Source: an uncultured virus (IMG/VR IMGVR_UViG_3300038423_000674) (Duplodnaviria > Heunggongvirae > Uroviricota > Caudoviricetes). Taken from it: DNA of 64,000 bases. The notes beneath the pieces are model-generated. The model ran no database searches. It was not told the DNA's origin and saw nothing but the letters and a program-made list of their open reading frames with translations. The stretch lies in the IMG/VR virus record IMGVR_UViG_3300038423_000674; one strand, given 5' to 3'. This document shows, in pieces, positions 8,974-19,096 of this stretch (position 1 is its first letter; each line of letters starts with the position of its first letter). The translations under genes were made by a program, and so were the position numbers.

Positions 8974-9624
8974 ATGGGCCCGGGACGCACCCTCATAGCA
9001 ATCCTGAGCTGCCACAGGCACAGGCGATGGCAGGACGCCCAGAGGCAGACCTGGATACGAGACGTGCCCCCCTCCTCGGAATGGGACTGCCGGTTCTTCC
9101 TCGGGAACCCCCCGCCGGACCGCATCTGCGTGGACGAGGTCTTCCTCGACGTCCCGGACGACTATATGGGCCTGCTCCTGAAGACGAGGGGCATCGTGGG
9201 GTGGGCGCTGGGCCAGGGATTCGACCACGTGTACAAGGCGGACATCGACACCCTGGTCGTCCCGTCCAACCTCGCCAGCAGCGGGTTCGAGCAGCACGAC
9301 TACGTCGGGGGCGTGAACCGGGAATGCCCCCCCGTGATCTTCGCCAGCGGGGGATCGGGATACTGCCTGAGCAGGAGGGCGATGGAGCTGGTCGCGGCCG
9401 CCGAGCCGTGGCCGGGAGGGGGGCCGGAGGACGTTTTCGTGGCGGACACGCTGGCGAAGCACGGGATATCCCCGCACGACGACGCAAGGTACCAGTTCTA
9501 CCCGGGCTCCGTGCCCGCCAAGGACACCATCTCCTGCCATCTTTCATCGGTGGGTGGATGGAAAAGGGCGTACCTTCCGGAACAGATGTTCGATGCCTAC
9601 AAGGAGGCAAAATCCCTATGGTAG
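8974..9624 (+). CDS. glycosyltransferase, GT31/Fringe-like
   Basis: QRQTW, DDYMGLLLKT, KADIDT, ASGGSGYCLSR, EDVFV. Confidence 0.8.
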   Translation: MGPGRTLIAILSCHRHRRWQDAQRQTWIRDVPPSSEWDCRFFLGNPPPDRICVDEVFLDVPDDYMGLLLKTRGIVGWALGQGFDHVYKADIDTLVVPSNLASSGFEQHDYVGGVNRECPPVIFASGGSGYCLSRRAMELVAAAEPWPGGGPEDVFVADTLAKHGISPHDDARYQFYPGSVPAKDTISCHLSSVGGWKRAYLPEQMFDAYKEAKSLW

Positions 9625-10445
9625 TCCTGCTCAAGGGCGGCCTGGGCAACCAGATGTTCCAGTACGCTTTCGGAATATCGGTGTCCAAGGCCAGGGGCGA
9701 GGCGCTTTCCTTTACCCGGGACATCCCGGATTCCGACCTGAAAAGATGCTATGCGCTCGGGGTGTTCGACGTCCCGATAACCTTCGTTTCCGAGATGCCC
9801 GCTCCCATTTTTTACGAATGGAATCATACATATGCCTTCGATCCGGGAGTCTACGACAAGCAATGGGCATCCTTCGACGGGCAGTGGCAGACCGAGAAGT
9901 ACTTCGACGTGCCGCTGGTGAGGGATGCATTCTCGCTCCGCAGCCCGGAAAACCAACTGAGCGGGGCATCCCAGGCCGTGGCAAGGGAAATCCTCGGCTG
10001 CGAGGAAAGGAGCGCCTTCCTGCACGTCCGCAGGACCGACTACGTGGGCCAGGAAGAATACCACACCAACCTGGGCATGGACTACTACTCGGCCGCCATG
10101 TCGATAATAAAGGAGAGGGTGGGAAACGCCGAGTTCTTCGTGTTTTCGGACGACCCCGCATGGTGCAAGGAGGCGTTTCCCGGCCTCCGGGTAGTCGACC
10201 ACAACAAGCCGGGAGGAAGGCTGTTCGGGTCGGACGTGCCCGGCAAGGAGCACGAGGACATATGGCTGATGGGCCTCTGCAGCCATGGCGTGATCGCCAA
10301 CAGTTCCTTCTCGTGGTGGGGCGCGTGGTTGGGGGACACGAGGCCCGGAAGGACGTGCATCGCCCCCAGGCGATGGTTAGGCCCGGCCGCGGCGTTCCTT
10401 GATACCAAGGACATTGCTCCGGAAAGATGGATGAAGATAGGGTAG
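9618..10445 (+). CDS. alpha-1,2-fucosyltransferase (GT11)
   Basis: GGLGNQMFQYA, HVRRTDY, FVFSDD, IANSSFSWWGAWL. Confidence 0.9.
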   Translation: MVVLLKGGLGNQMFQYAFGISVSKARGEALSFTRDIPDSDLKRCYALGVFDVPITFVSEMPAPIFYEWNHTYAFDPGVYDKQWASFDGQWQTEKYFDVPLVRDAFSLRSPENQLSGASQAVAREILGCEERSAFLHVRRTDYVGQEEYHTNLGMDYYSAAMSIIKERVGNAEFFVFSDDPAWCKEAFPGLRVVDHNKPGGRLFGSDVPGKEHEDIWLMGLCSHGVIANSSFSWWGAWLGDTRPGRTCIAPRRWLGPAAAFLDTKDIAPERWMKIG

Positions 10446-10450
10446 GAAAG

Positions 10451-10618
10451 ATGGAAACCATGGCGGGCTTCTATTCGCAGTTCATGGGCCGCGATGACCT
10501 CGTGTTCGACATAAGGGCGAACATCGGCAACCGGACGAGGGTCGCCCCCAAGCGATGGCTGGCCGATGGCTCCCCGGAATCCCCGGACAGGATACCGGAA
10601 AGGTGGACGAGGGCATGA
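10451..10618 (+). pseudogene. chimeric remnant: FkbM-type methyltransferase N-terminus joined to a GT11 C-terminus
   Basis: DLVFDIRANIGNRT is followed directly by VAPKRW...DRIPERW, which resembles the end of the upstream GT11. Confidence 0.65.
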
Positions 10619-11217
10619 CGCCGCTTTGCGAGATTGCCGCCAAGTGGGGGACCGACAAGGTTCCCTCGATTTGCCACGGCTACACGCCCTACTACTACGA
10701 GATGTTCAAGGGGAGGAACGTCAAGAAGCTGCTGGAAATAGGCATCGGGTACCCCGAAACCATGTGCTACACGGTGGGGGAGAACTACAGGTCCGGGGCG
10801 AGCCTGTTCATGTGGCAGGAGTACTTCCCCGAGGCGGAGATATACGCCCTGGACATCCGCGAGGACATCCTCATCAACGAGGGGAGGATCAGGTCGTTCC
10901 AGTGCGATCAGGGAAGCGAGGAATCCCTGCGGTCGGCGGCGGCCAAGCTGGGCGGGGGGTTCGACATCGTGATAGACGACGGCTCCCACCTCCCCGAGCA
11001 CCAGGTGCTGTCGGCCGTCGTCCTCATCCCCCTGCTGCTCAAGCCCGACGGGCTCTACATCATCGAAGACGTATGGGCACCGGACAAGGTGGTTCCCAAC
11101 CTTCCCTACAGGCACGAGCTGGTGAGCTTCAACCTGGAAAAATACATCAGCGACCAGCTGATAGTGATAAGGGGAGAGACCATAGGAGGCGGACCCCCAT
11201 GTCAAGCATCTGGCTGA
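10615..11217 (+). CDS. SAM-dependent (sugar O-)methyltransferase
   Basis: GTDK...HGY, LLEIGI, SLFMWQEYFP, DIVIDDGSH. Confidence 0.85.
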   Translation: MTPLCEIAAKWGTDKVPSICHGYTPYYYEMFKGRNVKKLLEIGIGYPETMCYTVGENYRSGASLFMWQEYFPEAEIYALDIREDILINEGRIRSFQCDQGSEESLRSAAAKLGGGFDIVIDDGSHLPEHQVLSAVVLIPLLLKPDGLYIIEDVWAPDKVVPNLPYRHELVSFNLEKYISDQLIVIRGETIGGGPPCQASG

Positions 11218-11906
11218 ATTCGCTAAGGAGGAACGTCACCAGCCAAAGCGGGGAAGACGGCGTCCTGGAGGCCATTTTCGAAAGGGTCGGCGTCTCCAAC
11301 AAATGGTGCTGCGAACTCGGGGCGCTGGATGGGGTGACATGGTCCAATACCCATGCCCTGGTAGCCCAGCGCGGGTGGTCCGGAGTCCTCATCGAATGCC
11401 AGAAGCGGGAATTCGACCAGCTTGAGAAGAACATGTCGGCATTCAAGGCGACCCTAATCAACGCCCTCGTGACGCCCGGCAACTTCGAGGAAATCCTAAG
11501 GTCGACCGGACTGCCGAAAGACTTCGACCTGCTGTCCCTCGACGTGGACGGAGACGACTTCTTCCTCTGGGAGTCCCTGGAATCCTACCGTCCCCGGGTC
11601 ATGGTGATAGAGGTCTTTTCGGCCGTCCCCCCCGGAGAACGGATGATCCCGGAGAAAGGTCCAACGGGCGAGAAGGGCGACGACCGCAGGGGGGCCTCCA
11701 TCTCGTCCATGGTGGAGCTGGCAAAACGCAAGGGCTACGAGCTGGCCCTGCACACCGCAAGCCCAAGGCCGCCGGAGGTGGCCCCGTGCTGGGGAGGGGG
11801 CGGGAACGCCATATTCGTACTGCGGGAGCTTGGCGACAAGCTGGGCATCGACGTAAGCAACTGGCAGGAGCTTTTCGACCCGAGCTGGGTGTACAGGGGG
11901 ATATGA
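11199..11906 (+). CDS. FkbM-like methyltransferase
   Basis: SQSGEDGVL, ELGALDG..SNT, DLLSLDVDG.D. Confidence 0.8.
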   Translation: MSSIWLNSLRRNVTSQSGEDGVLEAIFERVGVSNKWCCELGALDGVTWSNTHALVAQRGWSGVLIECQKREFDQLEKNMSAFKATLINALVTPGNFEEILRSTGLPKDFDLLSLDVDGDDFFLWESLESYRPRVMVIEVFSAVPPGERMIPEKGPTGEKGDDRRGASISSMVELAKRKGYELALHTASPRPPEVAPCWGGGGNAIFVLRELGDKLGIDVSNWQELFDPSWVYRGI

Positions 11907-12859
11907 TGATACCGACGGACAGCGGGTTCCTGATTACCGGGGGATGCGGGTTCATCGGGACGAACCTCCTGCTGGAGCTGGTCAAAGGGGGGTTTTCGAG
12001 GATCGTGGTAGCGGACAAGCTATGCCGATGGCGGGCGGGGAAGCCCCCGGAGGGGGTCGAGTTCCTGAAACTGGACATCCTCTCGCCGGAGTTCGAGAGG
12101 GTCATGGGGACGGTCAAGCCGTCCATCGTGGTACACCTTGCGGCGCTCCACTACATCCCCTATTGCAACGAGCACCCCGAGGAGGCGTGGAGGACCAACG
12201 TGGACGGGACCCAGGCCGTCCTCGATGCCGCCGTAGCCAATGGGGCGGAGCGGTTCTTCCTTGCCTCCACGGCGGCGGTATACAAAAGCTCCCTGACGCC
12301 GCATGTAGAGACCGACAGCCTGGGGGCGATGGACACCTACGGCCTCTGCAAGATAAGGAACGAGCAGCAGGTGCAGGAGGCGGCCTCCCGGAGCGGATGC
12401 AGGTTTGCGGTCGGGCGCATCTTCAACGTGGTGGGGGCATACGAGACGAACCCGCACCTCATCCCCGAAATCCTGGAAAGGCTGAAGGTCTCAAGGCGGA
12501 TCGAGGTCGGGAACCTGGAGTCGAAGAGGGACTACGTACACGCCGGGGACGTGGCGAGGGGAATCGTCCGGATGGTCTCGGGAATAGGCGACTCCGTCGA
12601 TACCTGCAACCTGGGGACGGGGAGGGCGTGGAGCCCCGTCGAGGTGGTCAAGGTGCTTTCCGCCATCCTCGGGGAAAGCATCGAGTGCGTATCCTCCCCC
12701 CAGCACCAAAGGGCGGTAGACCGTCCCATGCTTGCGGCGGACAACTCCAGAATGCGGCACCGCTATGGATGGCAGCCGAGGGAAAGCCTCGAACAGGCAC
12801 TGAGGGACGCGCTGGCGCACCCCAGGGCAAAGGAAAAAGACCATGACAAAGCTATGTGA
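11903..12859 (+). CDS. NAD-dependent nucleotide-sugar epimerase/dehydratase
   Basis: ITGGCGFIG, HLAA, STAAVY, YGLCK, RDYVH. Confidence 0.85.
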   Translation: MMIPTDSGFLITGGCGFIGTNLLLELVKGGFSRIVVADKLCRWRAGKPPEGVEFLKLDILSPEFERVMGTVKPSIVVHLAALHYIPYCNEHPEEAWRTNVDGTQAVLDAAVANGAERFFLASTAAVYKSSLTPHVETDSLGAMDTYGLCKIRNEQQVQEAASRSGCRFAVGRIFNVVGAYETNPHLIPEILERLKVSRRIEVGNLESKRDYVHAGDVARGIVRMVSGIGDSVDTCNLGTGRAWSPVEVVKVLSAILGESIECVSSPQHQRAVDRPMLAADNSRMRHRYGWQPRESLEQALRDALAHPRAKEKDHDKAM

Positions 12860-13397
12860 GCTTGCTGGGAAGTACGGCACCGACAAAGGGCCGGATGGGC
12901 ACAACTATACCCCCTTTTACGCCGCGCTGCTCTCCCCAAGGCACGTCGGGCGGCTTCTGGAGATAGGCGTGTACAAGGGAGCCAGCCTAAGGATGTGGGC
13001 GGAGTACCTTCCCGATGCCGAGGTATTCGGCGTGGACATAGAACCGTCCTGCCTCTTTGATGAAGGGAGGATAAGGTGCTTTCGGGGCGACCAGTTGGAT
13101 TGTAAGAGCTTGGAGGCAGCGGCCAGAGCAATGGGTACAAACCTAGACGTAATCATTGATGATGGTGAGCACGAGCTGGAGCACCAGACCCTCGTCGCCC
13201 TCGCCCTCATCCCGTTCCTTTCCCCCAACGGGCTGTATGTGGTGGAAGACGTCCGCCCCAAAAACATGGAAAGGCTAAAGGCAGCCATTCCTTATGAGTC
13301 CTTCCTGGTCAAGTTTCCCCTGTCCAGGCACCCTGCCGGGAACGACGACAGTTGCCTTCTGGTGATTCAGGAGGAAGGGCTCCGTGGGAGGAGATAG
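12843..13397 (+). CDS. SAM-dependent methyltransferase, paralog of 10615..11217
   Basis: MTKLCELAGKYGTDK, LLEIGVYKGASL, DVIIDDGEH. Confidence 0.85.
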   Translation: MTKLCELAGKYGTDKGPDGHNYTPFYAALLSPRHVGRLLEIGVYKGASLRMWAEYLPDAEVFGVDIEPSCLFDEGRIRCFRGDQLDCKSLEAAARAMGTNLDVIIDDGEHELEHQTLVALALIPFLSPNGLYVVEDVRPKNMERLKAAIPYESFLVKFPLSRHPAGNDDSCLLVIQEEGLRGRR

Positions 13398-13425
13398 AGA
13401 GGATTACGGGAGGGACACTGCTGTA

Positions 13426-13980
13426 ATGACACCAAAAGAAAGGTATGACGCCAATCTTAATCACTGGACGGACATGTGGGACTACTCTCCTTGGCTCCTC
13501 GAACATGCCCGTGGCGACATATTGGAGATAGGCGTCCAGAATGGGGTTTCCACATCCGCCTTCCTCCTCGGGGTAGAGCGGAACGGCGGCCATCTGTACA
13601 GCGTGGACATAAACCCGAAATGCGGGGCATTGTCGATGTTCGAAGGGCATCCCGACTGGACCTTCATACTCTCCGACAGCAGGGAGAGGGAGGCGGTATC
13701 GGCGAAGCTCCCGCCCCTGCTGGATATCCTGTTCATAGACGGCAACCATAGCTACCCCTTCGTGAGCAGCGACCTGTGCTATTCGGATCGGGTCAGGCCG
13801 GGGGGCCTTGTCCTCATGCATGACGTTGCCCCCGAGGTATCCCCCGAAACGACCAGGGGCTACGGGTGGGAATGGGGGGACCCCAGAAGGGCATACGACG
13901 AGTTTGTGGCCAGGACGGGCTGGCAGGCGGAGATACTTCCGGGGAAGTTCGGCCTGGGGGTCATAAAGAGAAGCCTTTAA
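13426..13980 (+). CDS. class I SAM methyltransferase (Methyltransf_24-like)
   Basis: ILEIGVQNGVST, LFIDGNHSY, GGLVLMHD. Confidence 0.85.
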   Translation: MTPKERYDANLNHWTDMWDYSPWLLEHARGDILEIGVQNGVSTSAFLLGVERNGGHLYSVDINPKCGALSMFEGHPDWTFILSDSREREAVSAKLPPLLDILFIDGNHSYPFVSSDLCYSDRVRPGGLVLMHDVAPEVSPETTRGYGWEWGDPRRAYDEFVARTGWQAEILPGKFGLGVIKRSL

Positions 13981-13990
13981 GGAATGGATC

Positions 13991-15202
13991 ATGTGCAACG
14001 TCTCGTCCTGGGACTTGTTCGACACGCTCGTGGCGGGCAGGAACCCCAAAGTGGCCGCCGGGAACCAGGAAGGGCACTTTCCCATTGCCGAGAACATAGC
14101 GATGGTGCGCCCCGAAGACATCGTGGTCAGCGACTACTACGACCCGGCAAAGGCGGAAAGGCTGCTCAGGGAGGTGGCGGGGCTTCCCAACCGCCTCTTC
14201 GTGACGGAGGGGGGGAAGCGGGACGGCTCCATATGGAAGACGCTGCCTCCGGTAAGGCAGCACACGGGGGACAACCTCCTGTCCGACGTACAGTCGGCGG
14301 AAGGGGCGGGAATAAGAGCGATCAGGGCCACCCAGGCCGGGATGACCCCGATGGAGGCATGGCTGGGGGAGCATGTGGGTCTCGAAGGGCTGGCGAGGTG
14401 CTGCCGGGAGGGCAGGCTGACCATGTACAGCCCCGAATACCGCGGGCACGAGCTGCTCCAGTCCCAGCTCAACTTCCCGTTCCTGTTCGCGGCGAGCGTG
14501 CTCCTGCACAGGGATGCCGGGAATGCCACGGACCTTTTGATGTCCAGCCGGGACTGCTGCCTGTGGAGCAGCCTCATGGAAAGGTTCGGAAGGCTGGCGG
14601 GGGGAGGTTACCGGGTGCATTACTACCTTACCAGCCGGATAGCCAGGCAGAGGGCCTCCCCCGGCCACATAGCCTACACGGAAGCCATCATGGGGGACCG
14701 CCCGGTGATGGCCGACCTCGGCGGGTTCGGGAGAAGCCTGGCATACCTGGCAGAAAAAACCAGGCACCCCGATGCCCCGATACGCATCGTGGCAAGGTAC
14801 CCCGAGTCGGGAGCGTTGCAGCCCCTGGCCGGCAACGTCCGGTTCTTTGTAGGGGTGGAGGAAACGTCGTCCTCCCGGCACCCCGGCTACATGGAGGGGA
14901 TAAACAGCGCCTCCCATCCAAGGGTGCTGGACACGGACAGGGCGGGCAACCCCATCTACGAACCCACCGCAGAGCTTTGGGGTTCGCCCCACATCCTGAA
15001 TAGCCATAGGGCCTTCAATGCCATGCTGGACATCATGCCCAAGCACGACTTCTCGCCGGACCTGAAAAGGACGGAGGGGGCCCTCAAGGAGGCCATGATA
15101 CGCCTGCTTGCCAGCCTGGACGACCATTGGGGCCTGGTGGAGAAGCTTCAGGGCATCCATCGGAGGGAGTCCGCATTGAACGACGAAAACGTGGGCCTTT
15201 AG
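13991..15202 (+). CDS. HAD-like protein of the type found in polysaccharide loci
   Basis: SWDLFDTL, VSDYY, HTGDNLLSD, MSSRD. Confidence 0.7.
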   Translation: MCNVSSWDLFDTLVAGRNPKVAAGNQEGHFPIAENIAMVRPEDIVVSDYYDPAKAERLLREVAGLPNRLFVTEGGKRDGSIWKTLPPVRQHTGDNLLSDVQSAEGAGIRAIRATQAGMTPMEAWLGEHVGLEGLARCCREGRLTMYSPEYRGHELLQSQLNFPFLFAASVLLHRDAGNATDLLMSSRDCCLWSSLMERFGRLAGGGYRVHYYLTSRIARQRASPGHIAYTEAIMGDRPVMADLGGFGRSLAYLAEKTRHPDAPIRIVARYPESGALQPLAGNVRFFVGVEETSSSRHPGYMEGINSASHPRVLDTDRAGNPIYEPTAELWGSPHILNSHRAFNAMLDIMPKHDFSPDLKRTEGALKEAMIRLLASLDDHWGLVEKLQGIHRRESALNDENVGL

Positions 15203-15235
15203 GGATACGCCGAAACGTTCGGGGAGAATGGAACA

Positions 15236-15967
15236 ATGGAGGTAAGAAGGGCAATCGTGACGACCGCCCCGGTGGCCGACAGGCATCGTCCCGGGCATCT
15301 CTCGGACAGGCTAAGACGGTGGACGTCCGGCTTCCTCAGGAACGGGGGCGACGTGGCGCTGCTGGTCTACAAGGGGGGCGTCCCCATGGGCTGCCCGACA
15401 CCGGAAGACGCCCCCTATGCATCAAAGGTCTATGCCATGCAAGCGGCGGCGGACGCGGGCTTCACGTCAGTCCTCTGGGCGGACGCGTCGGTCGTGGCGG
15501 TCCGTCCGCTCCTGCCGATATGGGAGCTGATGGAGGGGACCGGATACTGGCTCGCCAGCGCCCCGTGGCTCAACGGCAGGCCTCTGTGGGTCGCCGGGGA
15601 ATGGATTAGCGATGCCGCCCTCCCCCTGCTCAACGTAACCCGCGAGGAATCGTTCGGGATACCGAAACTGGCCACCCACTCCCTGGGCCTGGACCTTGAG
15701 AAGGAGGTCGCCCGCAGCTTTTTGTCGCAGTGGATGGAGGCGGCCAACAACGGCTCCTTCTACGGCCCGTGGGACAATGCAGGCGGGGCAGCATCCTCCG
15801 ACCCGCGAGTGCTGGGGCACAGGCACGACTTGTCCGCGGCGTCGGTAATAGCGCACAGGCTGGGGATGGTCTACACCCTGAACAACTTCCTGACCTTCGG
15901 GTCGGACGCGCCCGAGACCATCCTGAGGGTGGACTATGGGCTGGAGGACAGATGGACGAGGCCATGA
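15236..15967 (+). CDS. putative glycosyltransferase (GT-A fold)
   Basis: PYASKVYA, VLWADAS, HRHDLS. Confidence 0.65.
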   Translation: MEVRRAIVTTAPVADRHRPGHLSDRLRRWTSGFLRNGGDVALLVYKGGVPMGCPTPEDAPYASKVYAMQAAADAGFTSVLWADASVVAVRPLLPIWELMEGTGYWLASAPWLNGRPLWVAGEWISDAALPLLNVTREESFGIPKLATHSLGLDLEKEVARSFLSQWMEAANNGSFYGPWDNAGGAASSDPRVLGHRHDLSAASVIAHRLGMVYTLNNFLTFGSDAPETILRVDYGLEDRWTRP

Positions 15968-16518
15968 TCGGGTTCCGGGACACCCCCGCAGACTGGGGCT
16001 ACCCCGTAAAGCACGCCGCCATCGTGGAGCATGCCAGAAGGTTCGGGCTCGACGCCCTTTTCGAGACCGGGACGTACCTGGGAATCACCGTCTCCGCCAT
16101 GCTGCCGCACTTTTCCGACATCTACTCGGTGGAGCTGGGGGCCGACCTCTACCGGAAGGCGCAGGAGACTTTCAAGGGAAACCCGAAGGTTCACCTTTTT
16201 TGGGGGGATAGCGGGGAGGTCCTGGGCGAGGTGCTTCCTTCCCTGGGCAAAAGGCTCCTGTTCTGGTTGGATGCCCACTGGTCCATGGGCATAACCGCTC
16301 GGGGAAAGGTCGACACCCCCATACTGGAGGAACTGAGGACCATATTCTCCTTTTGCCCGGACTGCGCCATCCTGATCGACGATGCCAGGGAGTTCAAGGG
16401 TGCGCCCACCCCGTACCCCTCGTTGCCGGACCTGAGGAGCTACGTCCTGGGCATGGCCCCCGGCTGGGAATTCGAGGCGAAGGACGACATAGTGAGGATT
16501 TACAGGGATCGAAAATGA
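15964..16518 (+). CDS. putative SAM methyltransferase
   Basis: FETGTYLG, YSVEL, GDSGEVL, FWLDAHWS, ILIDDAR. Confidence 0.75.
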   Translation: MIGFRDTPADWGYPVKHAAIVEHARRFGLDALFETGTYLGITVSAMLPHFSDIYSVELGADLYRKAQETFKGNPKVHLFWGDSGEVLGEVLPSLGKRLLFWLDAHWSMGITARGKVDTPILEELRTIFSFCPDCAILIDDAREFKGAPTPYPSLPDLRSYVLGMAPGWEFEAKDDIVRIYRDRK

Positions 16519-18284
16519 GAGAGGACAACCGCGTAATCCAGGGCTTCTGGCTCGGGCCCAGGCTCTCCACGATGGAGCGGACGGCCCTGAACTCCTTCCT
16601 CCGCCACGGGCACGAGTTCCACCTCTACGCCTACGACAGGGTGGAGGGGGTGCCGCCCGGGGTCGTCATGAAGGACGCCGCGGAGGTCCTCCCCCTCTCC
16701 TCCCTCCACCACAAGGACTTCTCCAAGCCCGCCATATTCTCGGACTTCTTCCGCTACAAGCTGCTCCTGGACAGGGGCGGGTGGTGGGTCGACACCGACA
16801 CCGTCTGCCTCCGCCCGTTCGACATGGCGCAGGACTACGTGTTCTCCAGCGAGGTCAAGGCCACGAGCGTCAAGGGGACGATGAAGTTCGTGGGGACGCA
16901 GGTCAACAACGGGATCATCAAGGTCCCGGCGGGAAGCTCGGCGATGGGCTATTGCTGGAAGAAGTGCCGGGAGATGGACGTGGCGAAGATCCCCTGGGCC
17001 GCCAGCGGCCCCGCCCTCGTCGAGAGCGCCGTGGACGCCCTCGGCCTCCGGCAGCACGTCCTGCCGCCGCAGGCGTTCTGCCCCGTCATGGCATGGGAGG
17101 TGAGGAAGCTGGTCATGGCGGGGGCGACGTTCGACCTCACCGACGAGTCCTACGCCGTCCACCTCTGGAACGAGATGTGGGGGAGGACGGGGATGGACAA
17201 GGACGGCGTCTTCCCCCCGGGGAGCCCCTACGAGCAGCTCAGGCAGCGCTACCTCGACAGGGAGGGGCGCAACGTCATGCAGTCGCTGTGGGTCGGGGCC
17301 CGCCTCACCACGATGGAGAGGCTGTCGATAGCCTCCTACCTCCACCACGGGGACGAGTTCCACCTCTACACGTACGGGCCGTGCAGGGACGTGCCCGAGG
17401 GCACGGCAGTCATGGACGCGAACGAGGTGGTGCCGGAGGCCGACATCGAGAAGTTCCAGAACCTGACGAACTTCTCGGATTGGTTCCGCTACCACCTGCT
17501 CCTCCAGAAGGGGGGCTGGTGGGTCGACACCGACACGGTGTGCGTGAGGCCGTTCGACGCCAAGGACGAGCATGTCTTCGTGAACCAGTACCCGGACAGC
17601 GGGCACAAGGACCAGATAAACGGGGACTGCATGAGGGCCCCGGCCGGCTCCCGCGTCATGGCATGGCTCATCGAGAAGTGCCGGGAGAAGGACTGGAAGA
17701 GGATCGAATGGTCCGACATCGGCCCGAACCTCCTGACGGAGGCGGTGCGGCACTTCGCCCTCCCGTCGCTGCCCTCGTACTTCTCGTTCAACCCCCCCGC
17801 CTACGCGTTCGTGGGCCCGCCCGTCCAGGTCCCGACGGGCAGCAGGGCCGTCCACCTCGTGAGGAACAACTGGTGCGGGAAGTGGGCGGGGGGGCGCAAC
17901 CTGGACAGGGACGCCTCCTACCCGAAGGACTGCCTCTACGAGCAGTTCAAGCGGAAGTATCTCCCCGTTCCCGGGACGGGCGTCAGGATTGGCGCGCCGT
18001 GGCTCCAGGGCGGCCCCAGGACCGCCCCGGGACGCCCCCCCGTGCCCACCCTGCCCCGTCCGATCGCGGGGCCGCCCTGGCCGCAGGGAAGGCCCGATCC
18101 CAACTGGCGGAAGAATTTGCTCGGGGCCAAGGTCAACCATGCCGTGGCCAGGGAGTTCAGGGTGGCGGCGATATGCCCGATGGGGTCGTCCTACCACATG
18201 GAGCTGCGCAGGATAATGCCGGACTACGTGGAGGAGAAGGTGGAGACGCCCGAGGGCACCAAGGTACTTTTCCTCGTGCGCTGA
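16515..18284 (+). CDS. tandem GT32 (OCH1-like, DXD) glycosyltransferase
   Basis: Two copies of Q..W.G.RL.TMER...S.L.HG.EFHLY...FSD.FRY.LL...GGWWVDTDTVC.RPFD; Pro-rich tail. Confidence 0.85.
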   Translation: MREDNRVIQGFWLGPRLSTMERTALNSFLRHGHEFHLYAYDRVEGVPPGVVMKDAAEVLPLSSLHHKDFSKPAIFSDFFRYKLLLDRGGWWVDTDTVCLRPFDMAQDYVFSSEVKATSVKGTMKFVGTQVNNGIIKVPAGSSAMGYCWKKCREMDVAKIPWAASGPALVESAVDALGLRQHVLPPQAFCPVMAWEVRKLVMAGATFDLTDESYAVHLWNEMWGRTGMDKDGVFPPGSPYEQLRQRYLDREGRNVMQSLWVGARLTTMERLSIASYLHHGDEFHLYTYGPCRDVPEGTAVMDANEVVPEADIEKFQNLTNFSDWFRYHLLLQKGGWWVDTDTVCVRPFDAKDEHVFVNQYPDSGHKDQINGDCMRAPAGSRVMAWLIEKCREKDWKRIEWSDIGPNLLTEAVRHFALPSLPSYFSFNPPAYAFVGPPVQVPTGSRAVHLVRNNWCGKWAGGRNLDRDASYPKDCLYEQFKRKYLPVPGTGVRIGAPWLQGGPRTAPGRPPVPTLPRPIAGPPWPQGRPDPNWRKNLLGAKVNHAVAREFRVAAICPMGSSYHMELRRIMPDYVEEKVETPEGTKVLFLVR

Positions 18285-18388
18285 CGCTCGGGGGCGACTC
18301 CCCTCCGGGAAAATCCCTTTTTCCATCAAAAAATCCAAAAAACGTGTATTATGGGACTGTTGTCGCCGAAATCCCAAAGGAGAGTGAC

Positions 18389-19036
18389 ATGAAAAGACAT
18401 TCCTATGCCCTACTGCTGTTCGTCGTGACGATCCTATTCTCCCTGTCCGCCGCCGCAGACACGGTCCGGGTGGGCTTCATCGGCCCAAACGGGGCCAACC
18501 AGGGAGGGTACTACACCGATCCCTACTACGGCACCATCAACGGAGGCCCGCAGATCGACATCTATTGCGACGACTTCCTGGACGAGGTTTCCCCTGGATG
18601 GGACGCCTACGTCTCGCCAATCACCGTGGACGGCCTCGTTGACGCGGAATTTCAGTGGGGCTCCCCCCATGCGACGTTCGACCTCTACAGCGAGCTGGCA
18701 TGGCTGGTCGAACAGCTCAACCTAAATCCGTCCCAGTCCAACGACATAACCTATGCGATCTGGGCCGATACCGACCCCAAATTGCAGGGAGGATTGGATG
18801 CTAATGCAGCGGCGTGGCTGATAGCGGCGAAAGAGCCGCAAATGCCATATTGGTCAGGCGAGTTTCCCGGTTTCGTCGTCCTGACGCCCGTCGACCTGGG
18901 CTCCAGCCAGGAGTTCCTTGCCGATCCCCCTGCCCCGGTGCCCGAGCCTTCTACCTTGATGCTCCTGGGGTCGGGCCTGTTCGGCATAGGAGCAGTGCTC
19001 TATGGGCTGACAAAAAGAAACATGCAAGGAAAGTAG
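18389..19036 (+). CDS. PEP-CTERM exosortase substrate protein
   Basis: Signal peptide MKRHSYALLL...; C-terminal VPEPSTLMLLGSGL, TM helix and basic tail. Confidence 0.85.
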   Translation: MKRHSYALLLFVVTILFSLSAAADTVRVGFIGPNGANQGGYYTDPYYGTINGGPQIDIYCDDFLDEVSPGWDAYVSPITVDGLVDAEFQWGSPHATFDLYSELAWLVEQLNLNPSQSNDITYAIWADTDPKLQGGLDANAAAWLIAAKEPQMPYWSGEFPGFVVLTPVDLGSSQEFLADPPAPVPEPSTLMLLGSGLFGIGAVLYGLTKRNMQGK

Positions 19037-19096
19037 GAAATGGTGTATTATAGGGCTGTCGGGAAGCTACGTCTAATTTAAGCGAGGAGACTGCTC

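Noticed and set aside
16500..19036. 625-aa (-) ORF and the long N-terminal extension of the 751-aa PEP-CTERM ORF
   Set aside because: Shadows of the GT32 gene; the real PEP-CTERM start is 18389, with RBS and signal peptide.
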